A stretch of 64,000 nucleotides of DNA from Laetmonice hystrix. Lineage: Eukaryota. The notes below the pieces were generated by a model that did not search any database, was not told where the DNA came from, and saw nothing but the letters and a program-made list of their open reading frames with translations. The translations under genes and the position numbers were made by a program. The stretch is from NCBI GenBank assembly GCA_965235115.1, contig OZ249436.1, positions 29,080,001 to 29,144,000 of the forward strand, in the 5' to 3' direction. Of this stretch, positions 50,101 through 62,999 are shown piece after piece (the first letter of the stretch is position 1; the number at the start of each line of letters is the position of its first letter).

Positions 50101-50955
50101 TTAATAACGGCCAGATCTACCACTTCTATAGTATCTCTCTCTGCTTCTGCTGCGGCTTCTTCGACGATTGTCTGTTCTTCTTTGCGAAGGGGAATAATCC
50201 CTCTGGCTTCGAGGTTTATATTGGTTCTGGCCTTTATCAATACTTCGGGTTGGACTTCTATATCGCCCACGTTTATCTGTCTCGTCTTCGGTGGTCCTAC
50301 CTTTATAATTTTCACAAAAGTTTCTTCTGTCCCTACTGCTGTTTCTTTCATATCTTACAGTAGGCCTATCCTGTTCTCTATCATCAGTGCGCCTAGAGTA
50401 ATTATCATCAGCAGGTCCTGACTGCCAAGTCCTTGTGCCAGTTTCCATAAGAATTGGTTTTCGAAATGGTCTGTCACGTCCACCAAATCTCAACTGGCCC
50501 GATTCTTTCTTTCCACCTAGTCCACCACCAAATCTCCTTGGGACCCATCCTTCTAGTATACGTTCCTGCTCGAAGTCCACAAAAATTTCCTGGCCATCAA
50601 CATCAATTCTGTAGGTTTCCCTGTGTGCCCTTATTGCACTTTTCCTTTCTTCATATTCAACAAAAGCATAACACTTGGAGAACCCAGTCACCATATCACG
50701 GACAAGTCTTACTCTTTTGAAGTCACCATATTTAGAAAAAGTGTCTCTAATTGTTTCTTCTGTTGTGTTTGGGTGGAGTCTAGACACAAAAAGTGTGCAC
50801 TGTGGATTGCCTACAACAGCTTTGTTTGGACGATACTTGGCACAAAGTGCCCGTATTATAGCACGGTCGTGAGCATCCTTGTCTGTGCCATCAATACTGC
50901 CAGCTTTTAATGGGGAATACCGTACTGCTATTGGAGACCATCCTTCAAATGACAT
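50101..50955 (-). CDS. SNRNP35: U11/U12 small nuclear ribonucleoprotein 35 kDa protein (RRM plus RS-like tail), single coding exon
   Basis: WSPIAVRYSPLKAGSIDGTD...HDRAIIRAL; RRM TLFVSRL...RVRLVRDMVTGFSKCYAFVEY; GWVPRRFGGGLGGKKESGQLRFGGRDRPFRKP; RSRSRSR tail. Acceptor ttttgtag at 50971, first ATG at 50955, so a 5' UTR exon lies further upstream. Confidence 0.95.
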   Translation of the reverse strand: MSFEGWSPIAVRYSPLKAGSIDGTDKDAHDRAIIRALCAKYRPNKAVVGNPQCTLFVSRLHPNTTEETIRDTFSKYGDFKRVRLVRDMVTGFSKCYAFVEYEERKSAIRAHRETYRIDVDGQEIFVDFEQERILEGWVPRRFGGGLGGKKESGQLRFGGRDRPFRKPILMETGTRTWQSGPADDNYSRRTDDREQDRPTVRYERNSSRDRRNFCENYKGRTTEDETDKRGRYRSPTRSIDKGQNQYKPRSQRDYSPSQRRTDNRRRSRSRSRERYYRSGRSGRY

Positions 50956-51068
50956 CTTTCTTGAATCCACCTACAAAACAGTAAAAGGTAAATATGAGAT
51001 CAAGCAAAAGTTCCTGAGCAAAGTTAAATTTTCATGAACTACATGTATTTACTGATAATGATAGGTAC

Positions 51069-52544
51069 AACTAGATACGTTGTGGAGTACCACAATGGAT
51101 CCCATCCCCGGGGTGTCCCATGTAACATGTTCTGAATAGGGATAACTATGGTACTATCTTGCACCCGTGACGACTTATGAGCCTTAGAAGATGGAAGTTA
51201 CGTCATTATGACCTTATGCTACGTCATAAATATTGATCTCAATGGACTTCCTATTCATGTTCAAAAATAACTATAGGTGTATCTAGCACCGTTTACTAGT
51301 TACAGGCTTCTACCAATCATTAGAAGGGCTCAGTTACGTCATAAGGATGTAATAGATCACACAACAGAATAAATCTTGGTGTCAATTGAAAGAACATAAT
51401 GAGGACTTCCTGTTTATATTCAATACTAACTATGGGTCTAACTCCTACCATTTACAAGTTAAAACCCTGAGAAAATATCGATGACATCGTTATGTCATGG
51501 GTCACGTGACCTAAGAAATAATGATGCCAAACGAAAGAGTATACATGACTTCCTATTCGTGTTCAATAGTAACTATGGGTCTAACTTCAAGCATTAACAA
51601 GTTATATCCCTTAGAAAATATCGATGACATCTTTACGACGTCACAGGTCACGTGACGATACCAAGTGATAGCAAGTTATAGCCCTCACAAAATATAGGTT
51701 CACTGGCTGTGGTAATCAGTACCAGTTCAATCCAGTATTAGCTTGTCAGATGGCGTAGCACTGGCGATAAGTGTCTTGACTCACATGCTATGGGTCGCCG
51801 GTTCAATCCCAGGCCGAGTCACCTATTTTTTTTGACTTCTACCGGAAGGGTCCCGCGTTCAATCCCAGGCCGAGTCACGTTTCTTTTTCTTTTTGTTTTT
51901 TCCCTCTAATTTTTAAAAATGGTCACGTGACCTGAAAAAAAAAATATCATAAAAGAGCATAATGACTTCTTATCTGTGTTTAATAGTAACCAATGCCAAA
52001 TCTGGCACCGTTTACAAGTTCTAGAAAATTGACAATTTTTCGAAATTTCAAAGTCACGTGATTCAGCGAATATTAGTCAAATCGCTTATCTTTTGATGAT
52101 TTGAGACAAGCTCATGTTAGAGAGTCCTTCTGCCTAATATTGTCGAATTTCACCGAAAAATGAAGAAGGAGTAGCGATTTAAGAGATTTGTGACTGAGGA
52201 CCCAGTTCTCCCAAAGTTCAAGGTCAAATGACAAATGAAGGGTCCATGTTAGACTAGACCCTTGCCTGATTAAAACGCCATGATGGGGTTTGGAAATTCC
52301 CAATATGAACGTCATGACGTGACGTCATACGTCACGTCACGTGATATGTCACAACTCATTGTCTCACCAGTCCTTGTCATGGTCAAGATGTGTGCCAAAT
52401 TTGATTGAGATATCTTGAAAACTGACTGAGATAGACGCCACTGTTTACTACTACTACTACTACTACTACGACGCAAAGAATAATAATAGGGAAGACGAAA
52501 CCGTACAATCTGAAGATCCCATCCCCCTGTAGGGGATGGGATAA
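51069..52544 (+). mobile_element. Helentron-associated non-autonomous element (HINE/DINE-like) with internal tandem repeats and a tRNA-like segment
   Basis: Starts AACTAGA; GATCCCATCCCC occurs near both ends; 3' hairpin ATCCCATCCCC-ctgta-GGGGATGGGAT. Repeated GACTTCCTATT..GTTCAATAGTAACTATGGGT units, a (CTA)n tract, and a tRNA-like A/B box at 51745-51821. Confidence 0.6.
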
Positions 52545-53139
52545 TGATTCAAATATACTACGGTATGTACAATATTTCAAACAAGTGAGGGGTAAAGAAT
52601 TATGTTTCTGATCTGGTAATATGAGGTATTTTTTCACTATCCCAAGAAATAAAGCACACGTTTTGTACACTGCCTTTAGACTGGAGGGCACTTTTTAACA
52701 GGCAGTCCATCACTGACCTCATTTGATAATACGGAAGGGGCGGGGTCCTTTTTCTATTTTTTTATTGTGAAAAAGAAAAAAATCGAAATTTTTTTGAATT
52801 CTATTTTACATGAGTAGAATCTAACAATAAGTGTGTCAAGTTGTTTAAGCAATTGTCTGGTGGCGCGTATACATGACTTGCAAATTATTATTTCGCAAAA
52901 ACACTCATGAAGGGCAAAGTTGGGAAAGGAAGGAAGAGGCGCTAACTGGAGTGGGGAAGATGATTTAATTTTAAATTCACATGATGGTTCTCAGGGTTGA
53001 GCATGCTATGGTAGCATACTCAAAATCAGGCCGTTGAGCACATGCTTAAGTATGCAAAAAAGTTTGGAGAAACACTTCCGTGCTCAATTTGAGGCTTGAG
53101 CGCCCCTCCCCTGGCCCAGTGCAGTGGCAGTGGTCAGCC

Positions 53140-54694
53140 TAAGCTGTTTCCCGGCTCACTCGCTAGATGGCTCTGGGGTCGACGCGAGTAGGAGCCGGTA
53201 ACGCCTGCCATCTTTGTACGTATTTCCAATTCCCAACGCTCCCGTGAGACCGCGATCACTGCATCGTGTGGGAGAAGTGAAGAGTCTCACGGCCAGCGGC
53301 AGCACAGCACCTTGACACTGGCAGGCATGGGTTGCTGTCACTCAGGCAGCTGCACAATCAATTTCAACTCAATTTTTCATACATATACAGTGTTCTCCAC
53401 AGGGTCGGGCCAAGGTCGGGCGGCCCGATGTGACGAGCACCGAAGGCGCGAGAGGCGAGCGCCGTTTGGTTGGGGGGGGTCTGGGGGTCCTCCCCCAGAA
53501 AATTTTGAACTGTAGAAGCCCGGAGATGCGATTTCCCGGCATCTGGGAGAGAAAATGACTGCTCTCGGAAGGCACCCCAATCGCCTATTTTTAACTGACC
53601 AAGTTCAGAAAACCATGGTTATAATCCTGAGCCAGAACAGTATGCCACAACGAAGAGCTAATTTTACTTAATTTTTATTACACTTTACGCCCAGGATGAT
53701 TCCAAATGCCCCCAGCTCGATAGATCAGCGGTAGAACACAGTGGCCGACCCGGTCGTTGCTACGGCTACGCTGCTCACCAACCCTTACAGCATAGAATGG
53801 GCTGTCCCCAGTCGCTGTGCGGTGGGCGATTCCACTTAACGTAGGGGGCCTGGGTTGGTCAGACGGCGAGTGTGACATAGTTGGGCTGTGTCAAATCGTT
53901 ATTTAAGTAATTTTAACTAGCTCTAAGACTAAGGCCCAGTAAGAGTATGATTCATTGCTACTGGGATAAGCGAGTTTAGACGATTGGAATGGATTTTAAG
54001 GGCGGGCGGTCGGCCGCCAAGGTCGGGCGGTCGTGACCAAGGTCGGGCGGCCCGCTGCCAAGGTCGGGCGGCCCGCCCGACCTTGGAGCCTTGTGGAGAA
54101 CACTGATATACACATGTGCTACGGATAGATACGTTACCAAACTTGGGAGCCACAGACAAAGATTCATATCATAGGTATGTTCTAAAACTAGGAACATGGT
54201 TTTTAATCTCTGGTACAATTTTAACAAACACAGGTGAGGTCTAGGCAATGTCCTAACACGTGTGTTCACGGGCGAAGGACCCGGAAGACCCCACTGGCAC
54301 TGGAGGACCCCGGCCATGTCCATGGCATGGAGCGCTACCGACGCCCGCTGCGAAGTCGAAGTCACACTCACAGTCAAGTAATTTATCATGCAGTTGAAAT
54401 CTTTACAATAGCTTCTTACGGCGAATTTCAAAGTTAAGTCGATTTACTTTTTCACCAAATGTCACTGTCCAGTGACAATGATAGAAGTTCTAAATTTGGT
54501 AGAAGAAATCGTGTGAGCGGGCAGCGCGGCCATCACAGAGGCACATCCTCAATGTATTTTTAGATAAGCCAATAATAAGTGAGCTATCAAAGACGGGAGT
54601 GTGACCAATGACAGCCAAGCTCTCAGTAGGCGTTACCGGCTCCTACTCGCGTCGACCCCAGAGCCATCTAGCGAGTGAGCCGGGAAACAGCTTA
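53140..54694. mobile_element. Young non-autonomous DNA transposon with perfect 67-bp TIRs and a 9-bp TSD; nested MITE at 53388-54105
   Basis: TGGTCAGCC|TAAGCTGTTTCCCGGCTC...GAGCCGGGAAACAGCTTA|TGGTCAGCC. 53140-53206 is the exact reverse complement of 54628-54694. Confidence 0.85.
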
Positions 54695-55421
54695 TGGTCA
54701 GCCTAGTAGTAGTACTACTACTACTAGTACTCCAACAAGCCAGAGTCTGATATCTGATATGTGGTCTGTATCAGACTCTGGCAGTTGAATCGAAAAAGCG
54801 CGTGGCAACCGCATTGCACGTTCGAGTGACCGGGGTTCGCGTCATTCGGCGACTGATAACTTCCTTTTGGGATCACTCCGGGTGGTAAAACTTGCCAAGT
54901 AGATACAAAAGATATTAATGTATGATTCACGGTGATGTGTTGCGTTGTGGTCTTTATAAAGCATACTTTTGTGCACGGTTTTGCCTGTTCTCTTTGCACA
55001 CACAACCGTCGAACGGAAGTATAGCCAAGTTGGATTGACCGATGGGTCAGGAACATATGAATTGTTATGTGGCCGCCAGGCGGAACGAACCACGCAGATT
55101 CCCAGCCACAGTGCTGCTATTCACATCCAATGGCGATTCGACTTTTACCAGAAACATACCCATGACGTCACCGCTAACTCAATTCGAATCAAGATGGCGA
55201 CAGATTCATCGACGATGTCAGAGAGGGTTGCAAACGACAGCCGCACACGAACTCGGTATTAATCAACATACCCCAATATGGTGTGAAGAGAGAGAAAAAG
55301 GTGTCTGCTGTCACCGGTAGAGTCAGTTAGTGTAATGAGTCAGTCGTAGTGAGTGAGTGAAGCCAGTGAAGTTTGCCACGGGGGTAGGCGTGGCAAGGTG
55401 CCACCGGATTTGAAAGCTTAA

Positions 55422-58400
55422 AGGGGCTCTGAAGTCCCATTCTATCAGCTACTTACCGATTATAATGATCATGTAATGACTGATCGAGTCATTTATCCTA
55501 CCCCCCGAAACCGCAGTTTGTAGAAATCGTATTTAATACATTTTCGATTATTTGTTTACCGTAAGCCATATCAAGGTCTGACAACAGTGAATTGATTTAT
55601 GGCCACCGGATGTGACGTAGTTTGGGTTCCGGTTTGCTCCGCCATCAGTGACCTTGAATGTTGTGTGATGTACATGCTGATCAACTGTCAACAAAATGCC
55701 CTACTGTGCAGCATTTAATTGTAATTCCCGGAAATATCCAGCAGCAGGTTTCAGCAACCAACCCCGAATAACGTTCTTCCAGTTCCCCAGAGACAACAAC
55801 CTGAGGAAACGATGGATTGCGGCGCTAAAACGAGATCAATTTTCGCCATCACGCAACAGCCGTGTGTGTGAAAAACATTTCAGACCAGATGATTTCGAGC
55901 CAGATGTAAGGGGTCAGTTAGGAAATTACAAAGTGTCAACTCTTCAACTTAAACCTGATGCTGTTCCGATGGGACCCACCATGACGGCGGCTGAAATTGA
56001 AAAGGCTAACGCACGATATGCACGGAGACAGGCCAGGACGGATAAACAGGTCAGTCATTTTCGTCTCCCACATCGTACTAGTAGTAGTAGTAGCTCGTTG
56101 TTTATGTCATGATACGGACAGGTGTTTGCTGGTTTTATGGGCATAAATATAGATACTATATTTAGGGCAGTACTTGAAGTCTAGGATGTGCTCAGCTGAA
56201 AGATTAGTCATTTTTCATTTTGTATTTTTACCGTTCAGCATACCTGTCAATGCCCGCTTATTGACGGGAGACAGAGCCGGGTGTCGACCGCTATGGCCCG
56301 GCCTGTATTTGGGTGATCTCAACTGGCGGCAGGCCAGCCTACCTCTGCTTGCCGTGATCTAAATACTGCACTTGCCCAAGTACACTGCTGTCCTCCTGAC
56401 CCCCCCCCCCCCCCCCCCGGGGATGGGTGGGGTGGGGGTATCAAGAGAACTCAGGCCAAATACGAACTCGGCCTTGGTGACACCTCCGCCCAGTTCGAGT
56501 TCTCCCTCAACTTTCAACTTCATCAGGATGGTGGGAAAATGTTTTCAGGTCGGCCTACTTATGATCAGTTGTTCTTAAAACTATTCATGACTACAGTACT
56601 TGGATAAATACCTACCAGCAGCAGAAATAAGGCACCATTCAGGACTAATGACACAAAAAGTATTTATGTGGAACATTTAATCTTGGTTTTCAGAATCTAT
56701 ATTCGGGATATATGTTCGGGCTTTTGGTAATAAAGCAAGCCAAGGAAGAAAACAGAAACATTGCAATGCTCTGTTAATTAAAAAATGCTCTGTTTGAAAA
56801 AAAAAATCATCAGAGCGGCCAGGCAGGTGTGGACCAAATACTGTACCTATAACAACATTTTAGGCCTGGTATATAAAAATATGAACTTAATTGCATGAAC
56901 ACTACCATTATATTTCATTTTCTCTGAGTCTAATTAATTAATTAATAACATAATAACTTAAACAACTTTTTAATTGTAGTCAGGACCAGGGTCAATTTTC
57001 TAATCAGGGACATTAATATACACTACTGGATGTTACCCTAAGAGTTAACACATCAAAGAGATGATATCGCCACCCTCGGAGGTCAGCCCCAGGTGAATCC
57101 ATTCACAATGAGGTGTGAACAACAAGGACTTCACACCTTCACCCCCTGATCACTGAGACAATTAGGAGCATTAAAGGGATACTGTAGCCAAAACTTCTAT
57201 CAAGGCAGCAGAAATATCTACCCATTTGGATAAAAATGATCCCAACCTCCTGAAAATCAAATGGTTCAAACGTTATGCACAGAAATCTAACAGTTTTCAA
57301 GCACATGGGGGAAGCCATCAGTTGAGGCCCTTCTCATAATGCTTCACACCTGCTGTCATAATGTGGTTCTTGTTGAAAATTTAACAATTTAGACGTGCTC
57401 ATTATGAGCTTTATCAAGTCATTTTAATCAGATTACTTAATGTATCTATCTAATTATAACATACCTTCAACTCTGTTCCTTTGTGATATTGGTTGTATGT
57501 TTATACAAGATTTTTCAAAATTTAAGTCATAAATCAAAACTGGATTACCATTCAGTACTTGTGGCTCACAAATCAGTTTGTCCAATTATTGCAAATGCTC
57601 TACTTGAATGATTCAAGAAAGAACTTTCTGATTCTCCCAAATGTAACTTTGGATTAGTGGTATCTAAGGATATGCCATTGTATTTTTGTTAGCTTCTATA
57701 AGTAGCTCAGTATTATGGCATTTACCCAATTAAAATATTTCAAAACATCTCGCTGAAAATTAACGTTCTGACTATATATAGACCTATAAAGCGAAAAGTT
57801 GCCCTCCATTTAATTTAAACATGTATGCTTAAAGTCTTAGGATACTTTCATGTCTCTTAAGTTGGTTTTATGTGAGAATTAAACCACATAAAAAACTTTA
57901 TTTATTTTTCCCTTAACCCTTAAAATGAATAAAAACTGTGAAAACAATTTTCCACCCAAAATCAGTGTAGAATCATGACCCACATAATCAACAGAATAAA
58001 ATTGACATTACAGATACTCAAGGGGATTTAAAAATGAAAAATGTAAAACCAAGCTAAGGACCTTGAGAGTTTAGTGATCTTCTGGAACTGCAGGCCTCGA
58101 AAAAAAATCTACCAACTTCACTTGCCCTTCGGGCAAGTACTAGCCAAGATATACTTGGCCAACATTATTTTTCACTTTCCCAGATTCAGAGGCAATGTGA
58201 TCGCCTCTGAATCTGTGTGGAAGGTTAACTTAGGCCTATTCCTTTCTATATTTGTTTCTCTCGTCTGATCGGACAACAAAAATTAAATTTTACTCGTCCA
58301 AAGACATATTTTTTGTCATCTCGGATGATCGGACATGGGTTTTTTCAAGGCCTGCTGTGGACACATGAAATCATGTTGTTGTTTTTTTGTTTTGTTTTTT

Positions 58401-60624
58401 GTTTTGTTTTTTTTAAATCAGGGCACAAAGGTCCAGCAGGGCTGACAGATTTTTTTGTCAGTCTACCCTGTTGGCTGACTAAAAAGTAAGGCTTGAACCC
58501 TGTACTTATCACTGTCTGTTTTGAAACTTACACGTTTGTCGATCTTTCCAGGTGGTGAGGAATCTTCTAAAACGTGTGGAGTGTGAAACCAGATTGGAAA
58601 CTCGGTCAAACAGTCAAGCACAAGATCCAGATGACAGCTGCCCAATGCCAGTCAGTCCAAGCCTACCCGACTTACCTTGCCCTCCCTCTCCAGAAGACGA
58701 TGAGCCTCTTGACCAGTGTTGCAGATGCCAAAAAGTTGAAAAATGTGATATTGGTATACAAACAGATATCCCAAAGATTCCATCTGTGGATATTGGAGTT
58801 CAAGCTGACCATGGCTTTTTTGAGTTACCGGTACCAACACTTCCAAATTCAAGCACGCCTAACAGTAAGAGACCATCACGTAGGGATGTTATACCATATT
58901 CCCCCATCAGACAATGCATGGATTCAACAAATGACCTCCTCACTGCAGATTTCTCCTCACCTTCTGACTGTGAACTTACAGTGTCTGACGCGGATGAGAC
59001 ATGGCCGTACAGCGAGGGACATGATTCAGAGGCAGGTACCTCAGGTGCATGTACTGACTCAATGGAAATATCTGGTGAAGAACATGATAATGAATGCAAG
59101 GATGTAGGACATGATTCCACTTACGTTCAGGAGGATGACAGTGATGTGTCATGTGAACAAGACTTAAATAAGTCATTGTTGATGCCACACAGTGAAAGGA
59201 AGTTCATTGTCTTTGAGTCTTGTCTGGATCAACTGTTCACAACCTGTCGACTTTGTGGAGGACCTGTTGCAGAAACTGACAAGTTCTTGCAGGGATGCAA
59301 TCTGAAGGTCAAGGTCACATGCATAAATCACTGCTTCTACACCTGGGCAGCACAGCCTTCCCTTAGAGGAATGGCAGCTGGAAACCTGTTAACAGCTGCA
59401 GCAACATTATTTACAGGCATGACTTTTGAACGTTACCAGCAGTGGTCCAAAGTGTTGAACCTCGTGTTTATGTCAGAGAGGACATTTCATCAGATATCAA
59501 AGGACTACCTCCAACCTGTAGTCCAAGAATCTTGGCTTCAACATGAACGTTCTCTACATGCAAGTATTCTCAAAGAAGAGTCCCCACTACAGTTGGCTGG
59601 GGATGGAAGGTGTGACTCTCCTGGCCACAATGCAAAGTACGGCACATATACTCTCCTGGACAGTCACACAAACAAGATTGTTGCATTTGAGCTGATCCAG
59701 AAGTCAGAGGTAAAGAACAGCAGCTGCATGGAAAAGGAAGGCCTTGTACGATGTCTGGGGAGGCTTCAGGATGCAGGCATAAGAGTTACACAGCTAGCCA
59801 CAGACCGCCACCCTCAGATACAGTGCTATATGAAGAGCACATCAATAGAGCACCAATTTGACATGTGGCACGTTTCAAAATCCATAGTGAAGAAGTTGAC
59901 TGCCAAAGCGAAAGGGAAGCACTGTGAGGATCTTCGCCCTTGGATTCGATCCATCACCAACCATCTATGGTGGGCAAGCGCAAGCTGCAATGGGGACGTG
60001 GAAGACTTGCGTGACAAGTGGACCTCAGTGTTACATCATATAACCAACACTCATGAGTGGGGGTTCTCTTTGAAGTTCACCAAGTGTGCCCATGCACCCT
60101 TATCTGAAGAAGACGCATCCTCCACTGCTTGGCTAGTCCCTGGCACACCAGCTCACAGTGCTTTGCAGGAAGTGGTTACGGAAAAAAAGCTTTTGAAAGA
60201 CTTGGCACTTTTGACTAATTTCACACATACAGGAGAACTGGAAGTGTATCACTCTTTGCTGACTAAGTACTGTCCAAAACGCCAGCACTTCTTCTATGAA
60301 AGCATGCTCACCAGAACCATGCTAGCTGCCTTGGACCACAACCACAATGTAGGTCGGAAGCAGGCCAAAACAGCAACTGAAGAGGAACGATACAAATACG
60401 AGTGGTCCAAGGTGTCGCAAAACTGGGTGGTGAAGCCCATCTATTGTGGGAAGGACTACTCATACTTGGATAGGATGATGGCAAGAGTGGTTGAAATTAG
60501 AGTGAAGAAAATTCAGTTGCCTGCAGTCACTAGACCATCTGGAGCACCTGTTAACATTGCCCCAGTACCACGTCCGAACAAGGAGGACCTTCTTCAGAGA
60601 CACCGCAGCAGATTTTCTGTATAG
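55422..60624 (+). mobile_element. Kolobok-like DNA transposon (putative left end plus transposase; right end not found in window)
   Basis: TTAA (55418-55421) then AGGGGCTCTGAAGTCCC, about 270 bp upstream of the THAP ATG. No matching inverted repeat seen downstream. Confidence 0.55.
55696..60624 (+). CDS. THAP-domain DDE transposase, Kolobok-type; exons 55696-56049 and 58552-60624 (about 808 aa, uninterrupted)
   Basis: Exon 1 is a THAP C2CH zinc finger (MPYCAAFNC...FFQFP...RKRW...RVCEKHF...LKPDAVP). Phase-0 intron CAG|gtcagt...ttccag|GTG. Exon 2 has GDGRCDSPGHNAKYGTY, LATDRH, HQFDMWH, WIRSITNHLWW and TGELEVYHS..KYCPKR, which I recall as Kolobok transposase motifs. A left-end-like TTAA|AGGGG lies at 55418-55426. 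Confidence 0.85.
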
Positions 60625-62999
60625 ATATCGGACGTAACTGCACCTTATTGTCATGTTATGAGACTTTCATATCAATCACATAACAGATCAGACAAATTGC
60701 CCTGCACTGTTCAAGCTTTGGATAAACTTGGTTTCCGTGAAATAATTCAAACAAATCGCAGTGGGTTTCACTGAAATTTGAAACATGGGTTCGTTTGGCC
60801 GTTATCTCGGATGAATTTGATGATGGACATAACTAGGTCAACATAAGTAGGTCAGCTGGCTAGAGCTTAGGATTTGGTTTCAGTACAATAATTAAAATAA
60901 ATCACAATGGATTTCAATGAAACTTGTAGTATGTGTTCATTTAGCCATTATCTCAGCCGAGTTTTAAAATGGAACTGAGATGGATTTCAATAAAACTTGG
61001 TTCATTTTTCCATTATCTTAGACGAATTTGATATTGAGCAAAACTAGGTCCAGGTAAATCGGTCAACTGCAACTGATTGGTTAATTCACCCCACAGTTCC
61101 TTCAACAAATATCGAGGGATTTTCATCAAATTTACTAAAGGACTGGCAGACCTGCCAACCCTCCTGATTTAATCGTAATCCATACGATTTCAGGACAGCA
61201 TCTATGACTGTACGATCAGACCAAAAATACTTATGATTTTGTGGAAAATCTTGAAATTTTTGCCGCTTTTCCTAAATCTGGCCATTCTTCCATCGTACAG
61301 TCAGTGCGATAGCGATAGGGCGGGGTTTTGGAAGCAGTTTTACTAACTTCTACATGGCAGTTTAAAATTTTCAGTGGCAGGTCATTTTTTTTGGGGGGGG
61401 GGCATGCCTGTGACCCAGCGAGCATGTCGTCGTGCCTTCGGCACTCGCCATTCCCAGCCACTATAAGATTTTTGTCCTTCACAGGTTGGCAGGTCTGGAC
61501 TCGCACCAAACCTGTTTTGGACACGGTCTGAAATGTATCTAAGTCGTGTAAGTAGGTCATGTGGTATCTGATCATCTGGTATTTGAAAACAAGCCAGCGT
61601 TGAGATTTGGCCCGTTGAGCGTTTTGGGGCTCATGTGAAATTTTATGAATTTTTAAATTTTCTTTTCTTTTTTATTCTACAATTTTCTTTCAAATTTCTT
61701 TTAAATTCTAAATTTCTTTTACAATTTATCTTTAATGATGTTGATTTTAGGATGTTCCTGTATTTTCTCCCTGATATAGGTCTTATCAGGATATGAGCTA
61801 TTAATTGACAGGTACTTTGCCTCCGTGCTAAAATGCAACTTGACTGGAAAATATATACATGAACCTTGTCTGTATCCATTAATACAGTATTTCATATCAG
61901 ATAATACTGAGGTATATGTTGATACGTAATTGTTCATGTCATATTGTTTTACCATCGTGGTAAGATTAGGGTATTTTGTGATACTATGTCCAATTTTGAA
62001 TAAAACTTATTTTCCCCTCAATTGGTTGTCAGAGCTTTTGTTCATTAGTGGAAGACAGAGAGGGCCCATAAAGGCATTATTTAGACAGTACAATTCTACC
62101 GTTGTCATGAAAGGCAATAAATTGAAACCAATCAGGAATATTTTATAACAAGATTATTCTTTGACTACTTAGATGCTTAAGACTTTCGACACGAGCGTGC
62201 AGTCTGATGTCCCCTATGCTTCCCTGCCTTTTTGTCAAATTGTAGTTAATTTATTGTGAATGGTGAAAGTAACAAAAGCGACTAAGAAGAACTTGGAGGT
62301 AGGATACAGAGTCCAGTAGAGCCATAGGTAGAGGACCAACATTCAGACATTAGTACACTATATGCAAGAAAAGAAATTTTTAAAAATTCTTGATTTGACA
62401 CCCCTGCAAAAATAGGAAGTTTTTACCCCGAAAAAAATATTGTTTAAAGTCCAGAGACCCCAGAATTTCCCCAAATGGACTTCCAAATGAAAATCATGAA
62501 AGTCATGGCCCAGGTAAGGAAAAATGAATGAAAGTCCTGAAAAAATGTAAAAATAAGTTTAGGAACAACTCATACACGTGTATAGCTGCCATTTTCGCCT
62601 TTTATTAACACCTAAATAAATTATTTTCCCCATTAAAATAAAGGAAAATAAATCGTGATAATGATTGATGTTCTTTATTTAAGTCACTTTGGTATACAGT
62701 ACCTGCCACAGTTTACATAGGATAACAAAATCATTGAGGCTTTACTCCAAAATTAGCCCTGTATACATATGGTCAGTAAACAGTTTTTGGTCTGAAACCT
62801 ATTTGTTCATCAGTATAAACCTGGTTATTTTCCAAATTGTATAGAAATAAACCTGGTTATCTCCCAAATCTCTAGGATTTCCAGATCTCTAAGAGTGATA
62901 GACTCACAATGAGGTTATTATATAATTCATTGGTCCCTGACATTTAGCACCATAGGTGGCAGTCACTACATGGTCCGTCCCACCTTTTTATTAATTCTT

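Noticed and set aside
49977..50910. Alternative-frame and antisense ORFs overlapping SNRNP35
   Set aside because: Shadows of the real coding exon, with no independent features.
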